In this document: positions 59,945-64,000 of the stretch, one piece after another | How the letters are laid out: every line of letters begins with the position of its first letter | Numbering within the stretch: the first letter of the stretch is position 1 | Assembly: GCA_963514005.1 (NCBI GenBank) | Contig: OY740826.1 | Location: 2,480,001-2,544,000 of the forward strand | DNA: 64,000 bases | Direction of reading: 5' to 3' | Source: Raja brachyura | Taxonomy: Eukaryota | The notes under the pieces: generated by a model | Seen by the model: the letters and a program-made list of their open reading frames with translations, nothing else | Databases searched by the model: none | What the model was told of the DNA's origin: nothing | Position numbers and translations under genes: made by a program

Positions 59945-62606
59945 AGCCATATGCGTTCTTGATTGCCGTATAACACTGATCGAGTGTTCTCTCCCCTCTG
60001 GTGGGGCAGGTAATATGAAGTCTGTATTTTAGAAAGTCACGGCTGAGGTTAGCTTTGTTAAAGTCCCCCAAAACAATAACCTTGGAGTCCGGGAAGTCAC
60101 TCTCTACCCTCATTACCTGGTTAGCGAGTTGCGTTTGGGCCTCACGTACGCAGGCTTGGGGGGGAATGTAAACTCCAGCGAGAATAAAGGAATTAAATTC
60201 CCTCGGAGAATAGAAGGGTTTAGTTTATAAAGAGGGATTCTAGGTTGGGAGAGGAGAAATTTGACAGTACCGTGGGGGTGTGGGAGGGAGTTGGGGGAGG
60301 TGGGGTGTCTGGCGGAGGGGGGTGTTTGGGGGAGGGGGGTGAGGGAGGGGATGCCTGGGAGGGGTGTCTAGGGGAGGGGTGTGTAGGGGAGGGGCATGAT
60401 GTATGGGAGGGGGGGTGTATGGGAGAGGGGTGTAGGGGAGGGGGGTGGGGGAGGGGTGTGTAGGTGTGAGCTGAGTAGGGGAGGGGGGTGGTGTATGGGA
60501 AGAGGGGTGTAGGGAGGGGGGTGCATGGGAGGGGGCGTGTAGGGGAGCGTGTGCAGGGGGGGGGTGTAGGGAAACGGGCGTGTAGGGGAGGGGGCGTGTA
60601 GGGGAGGGGGTGTAGGGGAGGGTGTTCAACAGCCCACACTCTGCTGCTTCAGCTTGATTCTCGGCGGCTTCTGGACGGGCGGCATCTGAACCGTTTTTGA
60701 GCAAATTTAAAAACAACGCAGAGCGGAAGTGGTCAAGATGAGAGTTTTAGTTATAGTATAGATAGAAGATAGATTTTATCAGGATGCATCGCAGCTTGCT
60801 TTGGAAACAGCCCCATTCGAGACCAGAACATGTCCTTCGGCCCACCATGTCCGTGCCAGCCCTTTTATCGGCCCATCTATTGGTATGATTGTATAATTGC
60901 CATATGTACCAGAATTCAGTGTTTGCACGCAACCCAGGCAAGTTGTACTGTACAAGGTCATCAACGATAGGAGCAGAATTAAGCCATTCGGCCCATCAAG
61001 TCTGCCTCACCATTCAATCATGGCTGATCTATCTCTATCTCCTAACCCCATTCTCCTGCCTTCTCCCCATAACCTCTGACACCAAAAACAAATCAAGAAT
61101 CTATCCGTCTCTGCATTAAATAATCCACTGACTCAGCCTCTACAGTCTACTGTGGCAAAGAATTCCACAGATTCACCACCCTCTGACTGAAGATATCCTT
61201 CCTCATCTCCTTCCTAAAAGAACATTCTTTAATTCTGAGGCTATAATCTCTAGTGCTGGACTATCCAACTAGTGGAAACATCCTCTCCACATTCACTCTA
61301 TCCAAGCCTTTCACTATTCTGTATGTTCCCCCCTCATTCTTCTAAACTACAGCGAGTACAGACCCAGTGCTATCAAACGCTCATCATATGTTAACCCACT
61401 CATTCCTGGGATCATTCATGTAAACCTCCTCTGGACCCTCGCCAGAGCCAGCACACCCTTCCTCAGATACTGTGCATAGTTCCCTGAAGGTGGAATCTCA
61501 TGTAGATAGGATGGTAAAGGAAGCTTTTGGTGTGCTGGCCTTTAGAAATCAGAGCATTGAGTATAGAAGTTGGGATGTAAAGTAAAAATTGCACAAGGCC
61601 AATTCTGGAGTACGGTGCACAATTTTGGTCACCAAATTATAGGAAAGATGTCAACAAAATAGAGAGAGTACAGAGGAGATTTACTAGAATGTTGCCTGCG
61701 TTTCAGCAACTAAGTTACAGAGAAAGGTTGAACAAGTTTGGTCTTTATTCTTTGGAGAGCAGAAGGTTAAGGGGGGACTTGATAGATGTCTTTAAAATGA
61801 TGAGAGGGATAGACAGAGTTGACGTGGATAAGCTTTTTCCATTGAGAGTGGGGAGGATTCAAACAAGAGGACATGATTTGAGAATTAAGGGACAGAAGTT
61901 TAGGGGTAACATGAGGGGAAACTTCTTTGCTCAGAGAGTGGTAGCTGTGTGGAATGAGCTTCCAGTGGAAGTGGTGGAGGCAGGTTTGATTTTTATAATT
62001 TAAAAATAAATTGGATAGGTATATGGACAGGAAAGGAAAGGTTATGGTCTGAGTGCAGGTAGATGGGACCTGGTGAGAGTAAGTGTTCGGCACGGACTAG
62101 AAGGGCCGAGATGGCCTGTTTCCGTGCTGTAATTGTTGTATGGTTATATAGTTATATGGTTATATGGACCCAAAATTACTCACAATATTGAGTACAATAC
62201 ATACTGAGAGTCATGGGAGAGGGAGACACAGAAATACCTTTCTGTCCCGGGCCTCCTTCACTGTTGGAGTCGGGCCCAACGCAAATTAGGGAACAGCACC
62301 TCATATTTCGCTTGGGCAGCTTACATCGGTACGCTTATCGACTTCTCTAACTTCGTAGCCTTGCTTTCCCTCTTTCTCCATCCCTCCCCTTTCCTATTGT
62401 ACGACCAGTCTGACTGTCCCCTTGATCAAATCTTATCTCTGTTTGCTTCGTTGTCACCTTCTCCTAGCTAACAACGATCTATTCTACATTTTCATCCAAA
62501 CTCATTCCCTTTGTATTGTTTTCACACCTTAACTTCCTTATCTCTGTCCCTCTCTCTCCCCTGACTCTCAGTCTGAAAAATGGTCTTGACCCAAAACATC
62601 ACCCAT

Positions 62607-64000
62607 TTCATTTCGGAGTCACGTGAGTGACTTCGTGAAGAGCCCGCCGGCGCGCATGCTCGACATATCGTCGTACCGCGTTGCTGCGACGGCTGGCGGT
62701 GGAGCGCGCTCCTCGCCAGCCCTTCAGAAGGGGCCACGGAGGTGAGTATTCTACCTTTAGTTGGTGGTCCTTGTTGTTGGTTTTGTCTTGCAGCAAGGAC
62801 ATGGATGGGAGTTCCAAGGGCCGGAGGACGTCAGGACGAGTTCGCCGGTCAACAGTTCCGGGGCCTTTACCATCGGCAGTACCTGCAACGCAGGCCGGGA
62901 CTTAGGCGGAGATGTGGGTAAGCCCTGTGGTTACAGGTCCAGATCCGCCAGCACACCACAGCTCGGAGGAGTTCGACGAGGAGGAGTGTGGTGTGCCGCC
63001 AGAGCAGGAGGACCCTGCCATGGCAGTCAGGTCGTCAGCAGGCTCGCTGGCGAACTCGAGCAGTGGGCGTGCGGCTGCACGGCCCATTACACTCAGCCCT
63101 CCGAGTGGGGGAAGGGCAGGAGCCCAGAAGCCTAACACTACCAGGGCTAAGGCATTGCCTGACACGGAGGAGCGGTCAGGTTCCAGGGCGAGACCCGGGG
63201 CGGCTGTGAGGTCCAGCCGGCACACCCCGACTCTCGACACCGGGACGGGTCGGTTGAGTCGGGTCTCGTCACGGTCGCCGAGCCCCCCATGGATGGGTGG
63301 GCGAGACCATGCGTCGGCAAAGTCCACAATGTGGGCAGCCGGCAAGCCTGCGCGGGCTTCAGGTAGCCATGCTTCGGCTGGTGCCGACACCACGCCGCAA
63401 GTGCCCTTAGTGGCAGCGGCGTCAGCTCCCGCTAAACGGAGGCGGTTGAACACGCCCGCGCGGGAATCGCGCAGTTTCGCCTCGGCGGCTGTTAGCGACA
63501 ACTACCGGCACCGGCAGGGCCTCGATGAGGTGCGGGCCGATGATAGGAGCCCGGTTTTCTTTCAGAGCCGGAGGACTCCGACCACCTGAGTGTTCAGGGT
63601 GAAGGGCGTATTGACCGTATGGAGCGGCTGCTGGAGCTCCTGCTTTAAATTCAACAACAGCAGGGCAGCTACAGGCACAGGGCGTCGTCACCAGCCTCTA
63701 CCATCAGCCTGGAGCAGCAGGAGGAGGAGGTTTTGGTGGATTCCATACCATCTCCGTTGGAGGTGCCAGCGGAGGATCTTCTGGATGTGGCGACCAAATT
63801 TGCGGCCCCACATTCGTCTGGACTTCCTTTAAACGCAAAGCTGGCAGCCACTGTGGACTTTCTTAACAACCAGCAACTACAGGAAGAAGTCCTCATTCAG
63901 GCAATGAGCTGTCACAAGGCTCCATCCAATTGCAACTCCCTCAACGTGCCTGTGGTCAATACGCCGATATGGGGCAACATCAGTGCGGCTATCCGTCAAC
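62607..64000 (+). mobile_element. DIRS-type retrotransposon 5' part (left terminus, disrupted gag-like ORF1), runs off the window
   Basis: TTTCGGAGTCACGTGAGTGAC terminus matching 4810-4836 and the ICR; APSNCNSLNVPVVNTPIWGNISAAIR gag-like motif. Confidence 0.75.

Larger units (their letters stand above)
47366..62606. repeat. Tandem segmental array, about 4 units (marker spacing 2632, 3862 and 5650 bp)
   Basis: Recurring block of G-rich satellite, Helitron-like head (48629, 51261, 55123, 60773), CR1, Penelope, orphan exon and Rex1. A further copy of part of the unit is at 1-1498. Confidence 0.95.

Overview
Repeat-rich vertebrate genomic DNA, most likely a skate or ray (inferred from the V-SINE/HE1-like, CR1, Penelope, Rex1, Tx1, L1 and DIRS content); nothing prokaryotic and no CRISPR. 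Hand-assembly of splice sites gives one complete minus-strand Siglec-family gene (8 coding exons, 44503->26148, 539 aa: leader, V-set with the essential Arg, three C2 domains, a TM helix containing Glu, and a tail with ITIM/ITIM-like motifs). A second gene that the ORF track does not show lies at 9937->9157: signal peptide plus CxxC-x14-C-x8-C, resembling the IZUMO/SPACA6/TMEM95 sperm-egg fusion family. Its first exon is interrupted by a Penelope-derived hairpin that could be spliced out in frame, and two degenerate inverted copies of its exon 2 lie nearby. Mobile DNA includes an intact full-length L1 with a 19-bp TSD and an apparent 3' transduction, two truncated L1s with TSDs, a degenerate Tx1, DIRS fragments, Helitron-like termini and a solo LTR. 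A 2.6-5.6 kb tandem segmental array (47.4-62.6 kb) repeats a Helitron-like head, a G-rich satellite and a 117-nt orphan exon.
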